A program made the position numbers and the translations under genes. A stretch of 64,000 bases of DNA, taken from assembly GCA_044226625.1 (NCBI GenBank), contig JBGAGQ010000026.1, positions 13,775-77,774 of the forward strand, in the 5' to 3' direction. The notes beneath the pieces were generated by a model. It was not told the origin of the DNA. It saw nothing but the letters and a program-made list of their open reading frames with translations, and did no database searches. Positions 63,567 through 64,000 of the stretch are shown in pieces. Every line of letters starts with the position of its first letter. Position 1 is the first letter of the stretch. The DNA comes from Thermoanaerobaculia bacterium. GTDB lineage: Bacteria > Acidobacteriota > Thermoanaerobaculia > Multivoradales > UBA5704.

Positions 63567-64000
63567 TCAGCTCTCGCGACCTCCGATGCGGACGTCGCCG
63601 TGGTTGTCGCCACCGATCGCGATCCCGCCCTTGCCGGCGGCGACGGCCCTCCCTCCCGGTCCGGCCTGGGCGATCGCGCCGTCGCCGTGGAGAGTCGCTT
63701 CTTGATGAAAGCTCCCCGCTTGGCGCAGCAGCTTCTCGATTTCCGCGGCGAGATTTGGATCGGCGGCGAGAATCTGCTCCAGGTTGCTCGCGAGAACCTT
63801 CCGCGCGCCCGGGTCGTCCGGCGCCTCCGCCACGTCTTCCGCGGCCCCTTCGGCGCTCTTCTTGCCGAAGATCTTCCCCTTGAGCCGCTCCCAGATCGTC
63901 CCGGCGACCCCTTCCCCCGCGGTCTCCGCGGCTTTCTCGGCACCGGTCTTCAAGAGATGGCGGAGGATCGGGGCGAGAACCTGAACCGCGGCGGTGGCGA
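63567..64000 (-). CDS. Bell-like helical protein with C-terminal Gly-rich amyloid-signalling-like motif (5' end outside window)
   Basis: Helical domain (IWERLK..., P.D...R..L...L...L..D...A..I) followed by LHGDGAIAQ..GG.AVAAG.GGIAIGGDNHGDV.IG. Confidence 0.7.
   Translation of the reverse strand, partial: ATAAVQVLAPILRHLLKTGAEKAAETAGEGVAGTIWERLKGKIFGKKSAEGAAEDVAEAPDDPGARKVLASNLEQILAADPNLAAEIEKLLRQAGSFHQEATLHGDGAIAQAGPGGRAVAAGKGGIAIGGDNHGDVRIGGRES

Overview
High-GC chromosomal window. The gene families present suggest Acidobacteriota, probably Thermoanaerobaculia (inference). No rRNA, tRNA, CRISPR array, integrase or intact transposase is visible. Bases 1-12.3 kb form an accessory region. It holds a lower-GC RloC-like ABC-ATPase/HEPN gene beside a decayed type I RM hsdR fragment, decayed ParE and RES toxins, a REP-doublet element, an ECF sigma/DinB pair with twin divergent promoters, and three Cys-rich secreted proteins. 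Bases 12.4-23 kb hold a Wsp-like chemosensory operon (2 MCP, 2 CheW, CheA-REC, CheB, pseudo-REC-GGDEF, CheR-TPR). Both receptors lack a periplasmic sensor and carry a C-terminal Cache-like domain. The middle has envelope and housekeeping genes, a putative beta-barrel plus invasin-Ig lipoprotein operon, and two tandem signal-peptide-bearing tail-fibre/S74-chaperone paralogues. Bases 52.8-56.2 kb hold a rearranged Rsb stressosome cluster. The right end has an intact ParE-type TA pair, an orphan Cys-rich double-glycine RiPP-like precursor, an array of about 13 quasi-palindromic 20-21 bp units, and a Bell-like protein with an amyloid-like tail but no adjacent NLR. All family calls come from recognising motifs by eye, not from database searches.
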